A stretch of DNA of 64,000 nt from contig OZ360233.1 in the NCBI GenBank assembly GCA_977017645.1, positions 75,950,001-76,014,000 of the forward strand. Direction: 5' to 3'. Under the pieces are notes generated by a model. It worked only from the letters and a program-made list of their open reading frames with translations. It ran no database searches and was not told the origin of the DNA. Within the stretch, counting starts at the first letter, position 1. Each line of letters starts with the position of its first letter. This DNA comes from Torpedo marmorata (Eukaryota). Below, piece after piece: positions 26,025 to 38,100 of the stretch. A program made the position numbers and the translations under genes.

Positions 26025-27180
26025 TTGCTGATGCCATCGTTACCACCCTCCACCTAGCCCTCACCCACCTGGAAAATAAGGACGCGTATGTTCGAATGCT
26101 GTTTATTGACTTCAGCTCGGCATTCAACACGATCATACCTCAGTACCTGATAGGGAAGTTGAGGGGGCTGGGCCTAAACTACACCCTCTGTAATTGGATC
26201 CTAGACTTCCTGACGGGAAGACCTCAGGCAGTCCAGATTGGAAACAGCACTTCTAAGGTAATTACATTGAGCACGGGGGTTCCCCAGGGCTGTGTGCTTA
26301 GTCCTTTGCTGTTCACCCTGCTGACTCATGACTGCAGCAAAACACAGCACGAATCACATCATCAAGTTTGCTGATGATACAACCGTGGTGGGCCTTATCA
26401 GTAAGAACGATGAGTCAGCATAGAGATGAGGTGCAGTCGCTAATGGAATGGTGCGGAAAAAACAACCTGCAGCTGAGCGTAAACAAAACAAAAGAGTTGG
26501 TTGTCGACTTCAGAAGGGCCCGGGGGGATCATTCTCCTTTGACCATGGATGGCTCTACCGTTGAGGTCGTAAAGAGTACCAAGTTTCTTGGAGTGCACTT
26601 GGGGGAGAGTCTCAGCTGGTCCCTCAACACCAGTTCCATAGTCAAGAAAGCCCAGCAGTGTCTTTACTTCCTGCGAAGACTGAGGAAAGTTCATCTCCCA
26701 CCCCCTATCCTTACTACATTCTACAGGGGATGTATTGAGAGTATTCTGAGCAATTGCATCACCGCTTTGTTTGGTAACTGTACCACCTCGGACCGAAAGA
26801 CTCTGCAGAGGATAGTGAGGGCAGCGGAGAAAATTATTGGCGTCTCTCTCCCCACCATGACAGACATCTACAACACACGATGCATGAGGAAGGCTAAAAA
26901 CATTGTGAAGGACTTCTCACACCCCTTTGGTAAACTGTTTTCCCCTTTGCCATCTGGCAGGAGGTACCGAAGCACTCGGGCTCGCACGTCCAGACTGTGC
27001 AACAGTTTTTTCCCCCAAGCCATCAGGCTCCTCAATTCCTAGATATATATGTGTACTAGCATGCTATAGATTTTTCTATTGTATGATATTTATGTACATC
27101 TGCCCATGGTCCTGGAGAAACGCTATCTCGTCTTACTGTGTATATGGTAATGAACAACAAATAAAGGTGACTTGACTTGA
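26025..27180 (+). mobile_element. 5'-truncated Rex1-like LINE (RT fragment, different subfamily)
   Basis: [20 protein letters not shown], frameshifts, LPSGRRYRS C-terminus, (CTTGA)n tail. Confidence 0.85.
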
Positions 27181-27611
27181 AGCAGGGGCGAGAGAGGCCC
27201 CTCTTATTCCTACGTTGGGGATAAGAACAGAGGTCGTGTTACGGCACTATCTGCTATGGGAAGAGCTCATGGAACATTGGGCCAGCATTCAAAATGTAAA
27301 ATACATTAAAACCAGATTGCAATGGCAAATCTATATGGAAGGTATTTCTAACACTGGGGAGTGCCTAGCTATGGATTCACTGCATGCGAGGTAAGGGGGA
27401 AAAACTGAGACAGTTTCCATTACTTCAGGGGATTCAATATTTTGAAATGGTACATGTGTACCATTGGGACTGAACAGATAAGAACAGCCTCATTCCATGT
27501 TATTTTCTTTTAATGTTTCCTCATGACGCAAAAGGAGGTTATTGGCTCATCAGTTCTGCCTCATGCAACAATCAGACCAATCCCACTCTAACCCATTTTA
27601 TTTTGTAATTT

Positions 27612-27857
27612 TTAAATTTTTTTTTTAGACATACAGCACTGTAATAGGCCAATTCGTCCCTATGAGTCCGTGCCGCCCAATTTACACCCCGTCAACCTAC
27701 ACCCCGGTACGTTTTTGAAGGGTGGGAGGAAACTGGAGTCCCCGGAGAAAACCCACGCAGACACAGGGAGAACGTACAAACTCCTTACAGACAGCATGGG
27801 ATTCAAACCCAGGTCCGGTCCTGATCGCTGGCGCTGTAAAGGTGTTGCGCTAACCAT
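27612..27857 (-). mobile_element. V-domain SINE
   Basis: Same core and tail as the 21160-21413 copy. Confidence 0.8.
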
Positions 27858-28213
27858 CTCATAACCATCTAATAATGTCTCATGCCCTCCAATTGACCCC
27901 AACAGTGGAGGTAACTTAGAGTCGCCTATTAACTACCCGCGCGTCTTTAGGAGGTGGCGGGGGGGAAACTTGGGTCATCCCATGGTAAAACATGAAGCCA
28001 CAGGGGAAAAAATGCAAACTCCACGCAAAGGCCACCATACACGATCACTATTTTTAAGGCAGATGTAGACAGATTCTTGAAAAGTTTGGGGGTGAAATGT
28101 GACAATGCAGAGATAAAAAATGTGGAGTTTAAGTTATGATCAGATCAGGCATTATTTTATGATGGGTCAGAATTAAGAAGTCCAATGGCCTACTCCTGCT
28201 CCTACTTTGAATG

Positions 28214-28889
28214 CAGGTATGCGCCGCTTAACATCCGTTCGGACAACGTCCGACTGCATATGTCCGTGGTCCCATAATTATTCAGTTACCGCGAGCAAGT
28301 CCGCAGCAATTTAGAAAAAGCAATCGCTAGCTATAGGAAATTATATACTGTATACCCAAACTGATCCGACTGCCCCGCTCTCTCTCCACAGCCCTGTATC
28401 AGTCCCAATTAATCCCACTGCCCCACATTCTCCCCACAGCCCTGTATCAGTCCCAACTAATCCCACTGCCCCGCTTTCTCCCCACAGCCCCGTATCGGTC
28501 CCCATACTGATCCCACTGCCTCGCTCTCTCCCCACAGCTCCGTGTCGGTCCCCACACTGATTCCACTGCCCCACTCTCTCCCCACAGCCCCGTGTCGGTC
28601 CCCACACTGATCCCACTGCCCCGCTCTCTCCCCACACTGATCCCACTGCCCCGCTCTATCCCCACAGCCCCGTGTCGGTCCCCACACTGATCCCACTGCC
28701 CCGCTCTCTCCCCACAGCCCCGTGTCGGTCCCCACACTGATCCCTACTTACAAATAAAAAGTTTATAGGTACACTACAGTATCCCATATAGCTTTGCTAA
28801 GTATATAATATGGTGTTCGCACAATGTCCACATCGCATGACACCCAATTTCACAGAACGTATCGTGGACGTTAAGCGGCGCATACCCTG
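28214..28889. mobile_element. Tc1/mariner-Tigger-like non-autonomous element carrying a minisatellite
   Basis: TIRs CAGGTATGCGCCGCTTAAC...GTTAAGCGGCGCATACCCTG followed by TA. Confidence 0.75.
28360..28745. repeat. 50-bp minisatellite, about 7-8 units
   Basis: Unit CCCACACTGATCCCACTGCCCCGCTCTCTCCCCACAGCCCCGTGTCGGTC with one shortened unit; no unique spacers. Confidence 0.9.
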
Positions 28890-29406
28890 TATTTGAATGA
28901 GGGATTGGAATGCATTGGAGGCACTATTGCTTGAAGTTTATAGCATGTGCCCCTTTAAGAAAGAACAGCAGTTTTGTTCATCCAATTTTCATTGTGATTT
29001 TTAACTCAAGTCTGCTGAATTAATAATCTAGAACCAGGGACATAGACTCAAGGGGACAGTGATTAGGGAGAAATATCCTTAGAGATCTTGGGAACTCTTT
29101 AATCTAGAAGGTTGTGGATGTTGAGTGTATCCAACTCCAAGAAAAACAATAAACATTTGAGCACCAAGGGAGTCAATGAGTGTGGCAGAGAAAACTAGCT
29201 TAATATCATTAGATATTAAGAGAATTATGGAAATATGGCATGAGATAAAAGATCGGCCAGGATCTTTTGAATAATGAAATGGACTATCAAGCTAACCATT
29301 GCTTCCATTTCTTTTTATCTTCATAAGACTATCATCAGAACAGATTCCCATAAAACATTTCAGGAAATAAATACTGCTTGGAATACGTTTTATCAGGGGA
29401 GCTGAC

Positions 29407-30246
29407 CTGGGTCAAGTAGGCTGGTGTAAGCGATGCTGCTGGCAGGGGAGGGCTTGGTAAGGCTAGTGGGCTAGGGTCGCTGCTGGTGATGACCAGTGTA
29501 GGGGTAAGTTCCAGCTCCTTGGGTTTCTTTGACCTGCCCTTCTGATGATTTGCTTCCGCGTTGTCCTGCGAGGGATCTTCCCCGTCCGAGGAGGGCTCCA
29601 GGGATTGCGGTTGGCTAGCGTCCAGCTCCTCCTTGACGTCTCCACTGGCAGGAGAGTCAAAGGAGGAAGCTAATAGTGGGGAGCCAGGGCTCAAGGGGGG
29701 TGGTGCGGAGGGCGAGATGGAGGAGATGGGCGGAGTGGTGGTGAAGGAGGTCTCCACGCAGGGCACTGACAGGGCATCTTCTGCCATCGGAGGCTTGGGC
29801 GAGGGCACTGTGAGTGCAGGAATCGGCGCAGGCTCCACCGCAGGATGTGGCGACGCTCCTTTTGGCGGGTTGGTTACGAATTTAATGACGGTCACCAGTT
29901 CCTGGCAGGGCGGCTGCTTCTTCTTCTCTTCGGAGAGCTTCTCAGCAGGGTTCTCGATTTTGATGGATTTAAAGATGTTTGGATTGGCTTGCAAAGAATT
30001 CAGGGTGAATGATGAGTAGAGGCCGGAGCGGATGTAATCGTTACGGCTGGAGATCTTGGAGGAAGATGAGGTTCCTTTCTCCTGAGTGTGGTTCTCCTTG
30101 TCCTTCTGCAGCTGACTCATTTCTGGCAAGCTGGATTCCACTCCAATTTCTGACTTGCCCACCATGTTGACATCCATCTTCAATATCTCTGGATAGCACA
30201 CAAACTTGTACACAAACTTCTGTCCATTCACCTTTTTAATAATGTT
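29407..30246 (-). CDS. ELK4: ELK4 second coding exon (ETS C-terminus, SRF-binding B-box, MAPK docking D-domain)
   Basis: 840 nt, phase 0. NIIKKVNGQKFVYKFV, B-box SSRNDYIRSGLYSSFTLNSL, IKIENPAEKL, VIKFVT, D-domain RSKKPKELEL, ends SLTPAYLTQ. Acceptor catccacag|AAC; donor CAG|gtcagc. Confidence 0.95.
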
Positions 30247-30513
30247 CTGTGGATGAAGCAGAAAATACAGAAGAAAGTCAATTCATTAATGTTTCTCAAA
30301 TAACATTTTCCCCCTGGCAAAAACATACCTTGATCAATTCAGAGTCAAACTTGTTAACTTACAAAATTATGAGGGGGAGAGACAGAGTAAATGCAACTAG
30401 GCTTTTTCTTCAGAAGTAAAACATGAAAGTCTGTAGACACCGTGGTTGAAGTCACAATGCTGGAGAAACTCAGCAGGTCAAACAGTGTCCTTTACATAGC
30501 AAAGGTAAAAATA

Positions 30514-30554
30514 CATAACCGACGTTTCGGGCTTGAGCCCTTCATCAAGGTATG
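30514..30554 (-). ncRNA. Minimal hammerhead-ribozyme motif, sense to the ELK4 pre-mRNA
   Basis: Exact reverse complement of the motif at 31055-31095. Confidence 0.6.
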
Positions 30555-31054
30555 GAAAAATGTCGGCAGGCGTCCGAACAAAAGAGTGAGGGGGGAAGGG
30601 GTAGTCGCAAAGGCAGGAGGTGATTAGGTGGAGAAGGGAGGGAGGGGATACTGGTGGATCTGTCCGCACCAGTGACAGAGACCTCCCAGTAGCCAACCAT
30701 TTCAGTTCTGTGTCACACTCCCACTCACTTGTCTGTCCATGCCCTTGTGTACTGTCCCACCAAGACCACCCGCAAATTGGAGGAACAACACCTGATTTTC
30801 CGTCTGGGCACTCTCCAGCCAGATGGCATTAACATTGACTTTTCCGGTTTCTGCCAACCTGCTCTCCTCTTCCTCCTCCCCCCTTCCCTTCCCCTTTCCA
30901 ATTCTCCTCCCTCCCTTCCCCCTCCCTTCACCTAGCCATCCCTCTTCCCCTTGATCGCTGCTGTCCCCTCCCTCCCTTCTCCACCTATCACCTCCTGCCT
31001 TTGCGACCACCCTCCCTCCCTACTCTTTTGTTCGGACGCCTGCCGACATTTTTC

Positions 31055-31095
31055 CATACCTTGATGAAGGGCTCAAGCCCGAAACGTCGGTTATG
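31055..31095 (+). ncRNA. Minimal type I hammerhead-ribozyme motif (Penelope-associated)
   Basis: CATACC-TTGATGA-A-GGGC(TCAA)GCCC-GAAA-CGTC-GGTTATG: stem I, core with C3U variant, stem II, palindromic ACGT helix III, GUC site. Confidence 0.6.
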
Positions 31096-32221
31096 TTTTT
31101 TCACCTTTGCTATATAAAGGACACTGCTTGACCTGCTGAGTTTCTCCAGCATTGTGTTTTCCCTAGGCTTTTTCTTCTGACGGTAGGTGAGATACAAACC
31201 AGAGGACATGGGTTAAGGGTGAAAGGACAAAAGTTTAGGGGGGACATTGGGGGGAACATATTCACACAGAGAGTATTGGGAGTGTGGAACAAGCTGCCAG
31301 CTGAAGTGGTGAATGTGGGCTCAATTTTAATATTTATGAAAAATTTGGACAGGTACATGGATGGGAGGGGTATGAAGGGCTATGGACTGGGTGCAGGTCA
31401 GTGGGACTAGGCAGAATAATAGTTTGGCACAGACTAGAATGGCCAAAGGGCCAGTTTTCTGTGCTGTAATGTTCTTTGGTTCTTACATGGAATCAAGTGT
31501 GACACTTAAAAAAGTGACCACAGGGATGCAAGATGTCAGAAATAAGAGTCAGAGTAAGTCACTCAGCTGATTAAGTCTCAACAGGGAATAGTTGGCAGTG
31601 ACTGTTGGGAAATAACAGAATTAGACCGGCAGGATAATATAATGTAATTAGGTATGTCAATATAATTAGAGAGGTTCATAGAGTTTGACAGAAGTTGTTC
31701 CACAAGTGAGGACAATGTAGTTTTCTTGATTTGCAATCAAATGTCTTGTCATGACCTCGTGGATAGCTAGGCAATCAAGATGGTAGGCTCCTGTGTTTTG
31801 AATAGGACGTGCACATGGGCAGTATGGACGCTGATAACATTGTGTTGAACTCTGATCGTGTATGCTGACTTCTGTAACGGTATACGTTGCCACCACTCTA
31901 AGTCAGATCAGCTCTGCATCACAAAAACTCGATGTTCCTGATGCATCAGTTAGGTCGTGCTCTGAATAAATTGCCTTGCAGTTAATGGACCAACTCCATT
32001 GCTGATTTTTGATTTGCTTCGTGTGATCTTCAATAATCTGTGTATTAAACACCAAGATCACCTTGTTTTTACATCCCTCAAACCCATGTGTGGTAAAAAT
32101 CTATCAAGCTTAGATATAAAACTATTAATTAAGTTTTCCTCTACTGCTTGTCAGGGAGAGTTCCTCACATCCACATGACAAACTTCCTTACCTGTCTGAG
32201 GAAGTAGAGGCAGTGGTGAGC

Positions 32222-32470
32222 TTTTAAATTTTTTAATTTAGACATACAGCATGGTAACAGGCCCTTCCAGCCCACGTGACCATGCCACCCAATTACACCC
32301 AATTGACCTACAACCCCTGGTACATTTTGAAGGATGGGAGGAAACCGGAGCACCCGGAGGAAACCCACGCAGACATGGGGAGGACGTACAAACTCCTTAC
32401 AGATAGTGTCCGATTCAAACCTGGGTCGCTGGCGCTGTAACAGCGTTGCACTAACCGCTACGCTAACCAT
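32222..32470 (-). mobile_element. V-domain SINE inserted in a Rex1-like fragment (32160-32640)
   Basis: SINE core; flanks translate to Rex1-like RT residues (VESFKFLEVNI, HCLYFLR). Confidence 0.75.
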
Positions 32471-32662
32471 TAGCCTTTTCTTGACCATTGCTTCGACGGG
32501 GTTGGTCCAGCTCCAATCGCTGGAAATGTTTACTTCCAAGAACTTGAAGCTTTCTACTGTCCCCACTTCAGCACCACTGACGTGGAGTGGTGAGGGCTCC
32601 ACTCACTTCCGCTGAAGGCTCCTTTGTCCTCCTGACATTGAGAGGAATGTCAACTGTGATAT

Positions 32663-33347
32663 GAGTAAAACACGAAAGTCTGCAGACACCGTGGTTGAAG
32701 TAAAAACACAATGCTGGAGAAACTCAGCAGGTCAAACAGCGTACTTTATATAGCAAAGATAAAGAGACATAACCAATGTTTTGGGCTTGAACCCTTCATC
32801 AAGGTATGGGCAAAATGTAGACAGGTGCCTGAATAAAATGGTGGGGGCAGGGGGAGGAGCACAGTCCCACAGGCAGGAGGTAATAGGTGGATAAGGGAGA
32901 GAGGGCACACCAGCAAGCAGGGGGAGGGGGGATGGCTCTGTGAATGGAGAGGGAAGGGAGTGGAGAGCTGGAGGAAAGAAGACAGAAGGATGGGAAAGAG
33001 AGGGAGAACAAAGAGTAGGCTATTAGAAACCGGAGAAGTTGATGTTCATGCCATCTGGTTGGAGAGAGCCCAGACGGAAAATTATGTGTTGCTCCTCCAA
33101 TTTACGGGAGGTCTTGGTCTGATGGTACATGAGGTCATGGACAGACATGTCAGCGTGGGAGTGGGGCGCAGAATTGAAATGGTTGGCCACTGGGAGATCC
33201 CTGTCACTGATGCGGATAGAGTAAAGATGCTCATCGAGCTCAGCAATGTAGAGAAGACCACAATGGGAGCACTGGGTGCAGTAGATGACTCCCGTGGTTA
33301 TACAAGTGAAGTGTTGCTTCACTTGGAAGGACTGTTTGGGGCCCAAA
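32663..33347 (-). mobile_element. Penelope-derived fragment in an ELK4 intron
   Basis: GPKQSFQVKQHFTC..GVIYCTQCSHCGLLYI GIY-YIG motif plus pseudo-LTR. Confidence 0.8.
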
Positions 33348-33502
33348 CTGTGATATTGCATGGTGGAGTCGGTTTCAGGGGCCGGTTGATCCGCCATTGC
33401 TCCTGTCTTCTACACTTGTGCTTTAATAATGAGGGCTGTCCTGTCTATCTGCAGTGTTCGGACATGCAACCAGTTTACAAGGAATAAAAATAATACCTGT
33501 AC

Positions 33503-33709
33503 CTTGTCATAATAATATCGCAGGGCACGACTCAGCTTATCGTAATTCATGTTGGGTTTGTTCTTGCGAAATCCCCAGAGTTTGGCCACATCCTCGGCCT
33601 TGAGAAGTTTGAACTCCCCATCGTTCGAGGTCCAGCGGATCAGGTGGTCATTCTTGGGCTCGAGGAGCAGCTGCAGCAAGAACTGCCACAAGGTGATGGT
33701 GTTGTCCAT
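33503..33709 (-). CDS. ELK4: ELK4/SAP-1 first coding exon (ETS domain N-terminal part)
   Basis: Translates [69 protein letters not shown] (69 codons). Acceptor ctaac...ctgttccag|ac ATG at 33711; donor AAG|gtacag at 33502. KPNMNY here and VNGQKF in the next exon fit ELK4 better than ELK1/ELK3. Confidence 0.95.
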
Positions 33710-35175
33710 GTCTGGAACAGGCATAGGAGACGGTTAGTGTGTTGTGCAGATCAACTCCCCGTGTTCCAACCACTCAAGTTAAGGAACAAATAGCACCTGC
33801 ATCTTCGACCACAGGGAGACATGGTTGGCATCTTGGAGAGGTTGGAACATAACAGCCAAGAGTCAGCGGAGAATTTTTTCCATTTAGATCCCTAGTTTCC
33901 TCTAACAATTCGCCAGCCAGTGAAGCATCCCAATGTCACCTCGGTGATTTGAATGTCTCCAGCTCTTTCTAGCAACCAGCAGGCAATTGGCTTGCTTGTT
34001 TAAATTGCATCTGTTTATATCATAGAAAATCTCAAATCTCTACACAGGTAGTGGGATAATTTTTGTATACACGCATCAATGTATGACACACTGTAATGCG
34101 ATGGTGAACATATCGTCTGCTTGTTATGAACTGAGTGGCATGACCTGATATAACTCCCCTGCCTCTATGTAAGGGTGTGATGAGATGTTTGATTTGTACC
34201 TGGGATGAGAACTTGACATAATGTTTCATTCAAAACGTACGGCGGTTGTAGGTTAATTGGGGTATTTGAGCAGCATGGGCTTGTAGGTCAGGAGGGCCTG
34301 TTACCATGCTGTATGTCTAAATTTATATCTAAACTTCAATCCCAGCAATTTCTCGGCACTGGCACAGAGCTGTCAGCCTGGATAATGCAAACCGTGCCTT
34401 GAGATGGGGGTCTTCATTCCAAAGCCTGATGATTCAGAGGAGGTGCCACTCACTTTTCCAAGTTACATTAACAGCAATAGCCCAGGGGATCTCTGGAGAA
34501 AAATCCTGCTTCTGCCATCAAATGTGAGATGCCAGAAGCATGTCGAAGGTTGGTGTCATTCATTAAACACATGTAAAGAGAAGGAGATTAAGTTAACATT
34601 TTAGCATTCCATTGGTTGTGTTTCAGAGGACATAAACAATTGGGGGGAGGGGGGGAGAGAGAGATGGAGAAATGCAAAGGAAAGTCAGAAATAGACTGGT
34701 GGTGGCAGGAGAGTTGGGAGTGATATGAAATCAAAGAACAAAAGCAACAAATGGAGGGGTTTAAAATAAAAATAATCATTAATGTATGAGCAGGGGGACT
34801 AATTAGGGAGTAAAAGGAAATTAGAAATACTGTTAAATGCTGAAAATCCAAAGCAACTTTGTAAATCAGTGGGCATTTTAGCATTGCCAAAAATAAATTG
34901 CTAGACTATGCTAAACAGAGCCAGGTCCATCACAGGGTCTGACCTCCCACCCACTGCAGACATCTCTGTGAGACGTAGCCTCAAGAAGGCAGCCAACATC
35001 ATAAAAGACCCCCATCACCCTGGTCACAACCTCTTCTCACTGCTACCTTCAGGCAGAAGGTACGAAAGCCTGAAAACCAGCATCTCTAGGTTCAAGAACA
35101 ACTTCTTTCCAACAGCTATCAGACTCTTGAACCTCCCCTTGTTACACTGATCATAGACTGCTAGACTGCTCACAT

Positions 35176-38100
35176 AGAATCAGAATCAGAATCAGAATTT
35201 ATTGTCATGAACAAGTCATGAAATTCGGTGCTTTGCGGCAGCATCATAGTGCAATTAACATTCATATTAACCATTCTAACGACATTACTATATAAAAATT
35301 ATAAACAATAGTGCACTAGTGTCTTTGGTTCATTGATTGTTCAGGAATCTGATGGCAGCAGGGAAGAAGCTGACCTTGTGCCGTTGAGTGCTCGTCTTTA
35401 GGCTCCTGTACCTTTTCCCCGATGGAAGCAGCGTGAAGAGGGCATGGCCTGGGTGGTGGGGGTCCTTGAGGATAGAGGCTGCTTTATTAAGACATCGCCT
35501 CATGTAGATGTCCTCGATGGAGTGAAGTTTGGTGCCCGTGATGTCACAAGCCGAGGTAACAACCTTCTGGAGTTTGCCCTTGTCCTGGGAGTTGGCACCA
35601 CCATACCAGGCAGTGATGCAACCAGCTAGAATGCTCTCCACGGTACACCTGTAGAAGTTCACGAGAGTCTTTGGCGACATACCGAATCTCCGCAATCGCC
35701 TCACAAAGTATAGCCGCTGGCGAGCCTTCTTTGTGATTGCATCCACGTGGATGCTCCAGGACAGATCCTCGGAGATGTTGACACCCAGGAATTTGAAGTT
35801 CTTGACCCTCTCCACGACTGAGCCCTCGATGAGGACTGGGTTGTGTTCCCCTGACTTCCTCCTGAAGTCCACAATCATCTCCTTGGTTTTACTGACGTTG
35901 AGCTCGAGGTTGTTGTCATTACACCATTCAATGAGCTGATCTATCTCCCTCCTGTACGCTTCCTCATTGCCGTTTGTGATTCTGCCGACAACTGTGGTGT
36001 CATCGGCAAACTTGTATATGGCATTGGAATTGTGCCTGGCCACACAGTCATGAGTGTATAGCGAGTAGAGCAGTGGACTAAGCACGCATCCTTGGGGTGC
36101 GCCTGTGTTGATAATCAGTGAGGAGGAGACGTTGTTTCCAATTCGTACTGACTGTGGTCTTCCGATGAGAAAGTCAAGGATCCAGTTGCAGAGTGGGGTA
36201 CAGAGGCCTAGAGTTTGTAGCTTCTTGACCAGCACTGAGGGAATAATGGTATTGAAGACCGAGCTGTAGTCTATGAAGAGCAGCCGTATGTATGAATTGC
36301 TGTTTTCGAGGTGATCCAGAGCTGAATGGAGAGCCAGCGATATTGCATCTGCTGTGGAGCGATTGTGACGATAGGCGAATTGCAGTGGGTCCAGATCTTT
36401 GCTTAGGTATGTGTTAATTCTGGCCATGACCAGCCTCTCAAAACATTTCATCACCGTAGAAGTTAGTGCTACTGGGCGATAGTCGTTGAGGCAGCTCACA
36501 CTACTCTTCTTGGGCACCGGGATGATTGATGCCCTTTTGAAGCAGGTGGGAACCTCTGACTGCCGCAATGAGAGGTTGAAAATGTCCGTGAACACTCCGG
36601 CTAGTTGGTTGGCGCAGATTTTCAATACCCTGCCAGGTACGCCGTCAGGGCCTGACGCCTTGCGAGGGTTCACCCTCTTGAATGATGTTCTGACGTCGCC
36701 CTCAGAGACAGATATCACAGGGTCCTCTGCCCTCTCAGGGATTCTATTAGGCACCGTTTTGTTCTTCTTCTCAAAGCGGGCATAGAAGGTGTTCAGCTCA
36801 TCGGGTAGTGAAGCATCACAGCCGTCTATAGTGTTCACCCTCGTTTTGTAGGCTGTAATGGCCTGCACTCCCTGCCATAGCTGGCGTGTATCTGTCTCTG
36901 TCTCTAGCTTCCTTCGGAATTGCCACTTTCCTTCAGAGATGGCCTTCCGCAGGTCGTGCCTGGACTTTTTGTAAAGATCCCGGTCCCCGTCTTTAAACGC
37001 CCTTGTTCTCGTCCTCAGCAAGTTGCGAATTCTTTGATTCATCCAGGGCTTCTGGTTGGGGAACACCCGGTATTTGCGCGTGGGCACACACTCATCCACG
37101 CAGGTCTTGATGAAGTCGGTGACACCTGTTGCATATTCATTTATGTCTATGGCTGAGTGCTTGAATATGTTCCAGTCCACCGAGTCAAAGCAGTCCTGCA
37201 GACGCTCCTCCGCCTCCCTTGACCACACTTTCGCTGTCCTCTCCACTGTTGCTGTGGACTTTAGTCTCTGCTTGTACGCCGGGAGTAGAAGTACAGCCAG
37301 GTGATCAGACTTGCCGAAGTGCGGTCGTGGTATGGCTCGGTATGCGTTCTTCACGGTGGTGTAGCAGTGGTCGAGTGTGTTGGTTCCCCTGGTCTCGCAA
37401 GTGATGTGTTGGTGGTAGTTTGTCAGTGACTTCTTCAGGTTGGCCTGATTGAAGTCTCCCACAATGATCGGGAAGGCATCAGGATGTGCAGTCTCATGGC
37501 TGTTTATCACAGTGCTCAGTCCCTCCAGTGCCAGCCTGACGTTAGCCTGGGGCGGAATGTACACTGCGACCAGGATGATGGCGGTGAACTCCCTCGGCAG
37601 ATAGAATGGGCGACACTTGATCGCCAGATGTTCTAGGTCGGGGGAGCAGGACTGGGACATGACCGTCACGTCTGTGCACCACGATGAATTGATGATGACA
37701 CACACGCCGCCTCCCCTGGTTTTTCCAGACGCCGGTGTTCGGTCAGCGCGGTGGAGGGTGTAGCCCTTGGGCTGTAGCGCCGTGTCCGGAATGTCCTTGT
37801 TTAGCCATGTTTCTGTGAAGCACATCACGCAGCACTCCCTGATGACTCCCTGATATTGAATTCTGGCTTGGAGTTCATCAAATTTGTTCTCCAAGGATTG
37901 AACGTTGGCCAGGAGGATGGTAGGGAGCAGAATAAAATGGCGCCTTGCACCGGCGACTCTTTGCGTGCAGCTCTGACGGGAATAATCAAGTATTCCTGTT
38001 CAGAACTCCTAAAAATCAGAACGAAGACAAAAGCATACTTACCCTACAACGGGGATGTCCAAAGATCGCTGGAAGAACTAGGAATCGGAACCGGGGGACC

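Larger units (their letters stand above)
30412..31162. mobile_element. Penelope-derived element with inverted pseudo-LTRs
   Basis: EEQHLIFRLGTLQPDGINIDF GIY-YIG C-terminus; inverted ~200-bp ends; perfect 15-bp TSD CTAGGCTTTTTCTTC at 30397-30411 and 31163-31177 within a CR1 fragment. Confidence 0.85.

Noticed and set aside
28360-28745. CRISPR-like periodic array
   Set aside because: Head-to-tail 50-bp units without unique spacers, in a vertebrate intron, with no cas genes; it is a minisatellite.
29561-30019. 152-aa plus-strand ORF
   Set aside because: Antisense shadow of the Pro/Ser-rich ELK4 exon.
33410-33502. ORF continuation VQVLFLF... after YYYDK
   Set aside because: Intronic read-through past a canonical donor; the ETS domain continues in the next exon.
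33710-33724. Upstream in-frame ATG giving an MPVPD N-terminal extension
   Set aside because: It lies in the polypyrimidine tract before the acceptor at 33711; homologues start at MD.. (33709).
35330-37894. RT ORF as part of a retron, DGR or other prokaryotic defence system
   Set aside because: APE-RT architecture, microsatellite tail and many truncated siblings identify a non-LTR retrotransposon.
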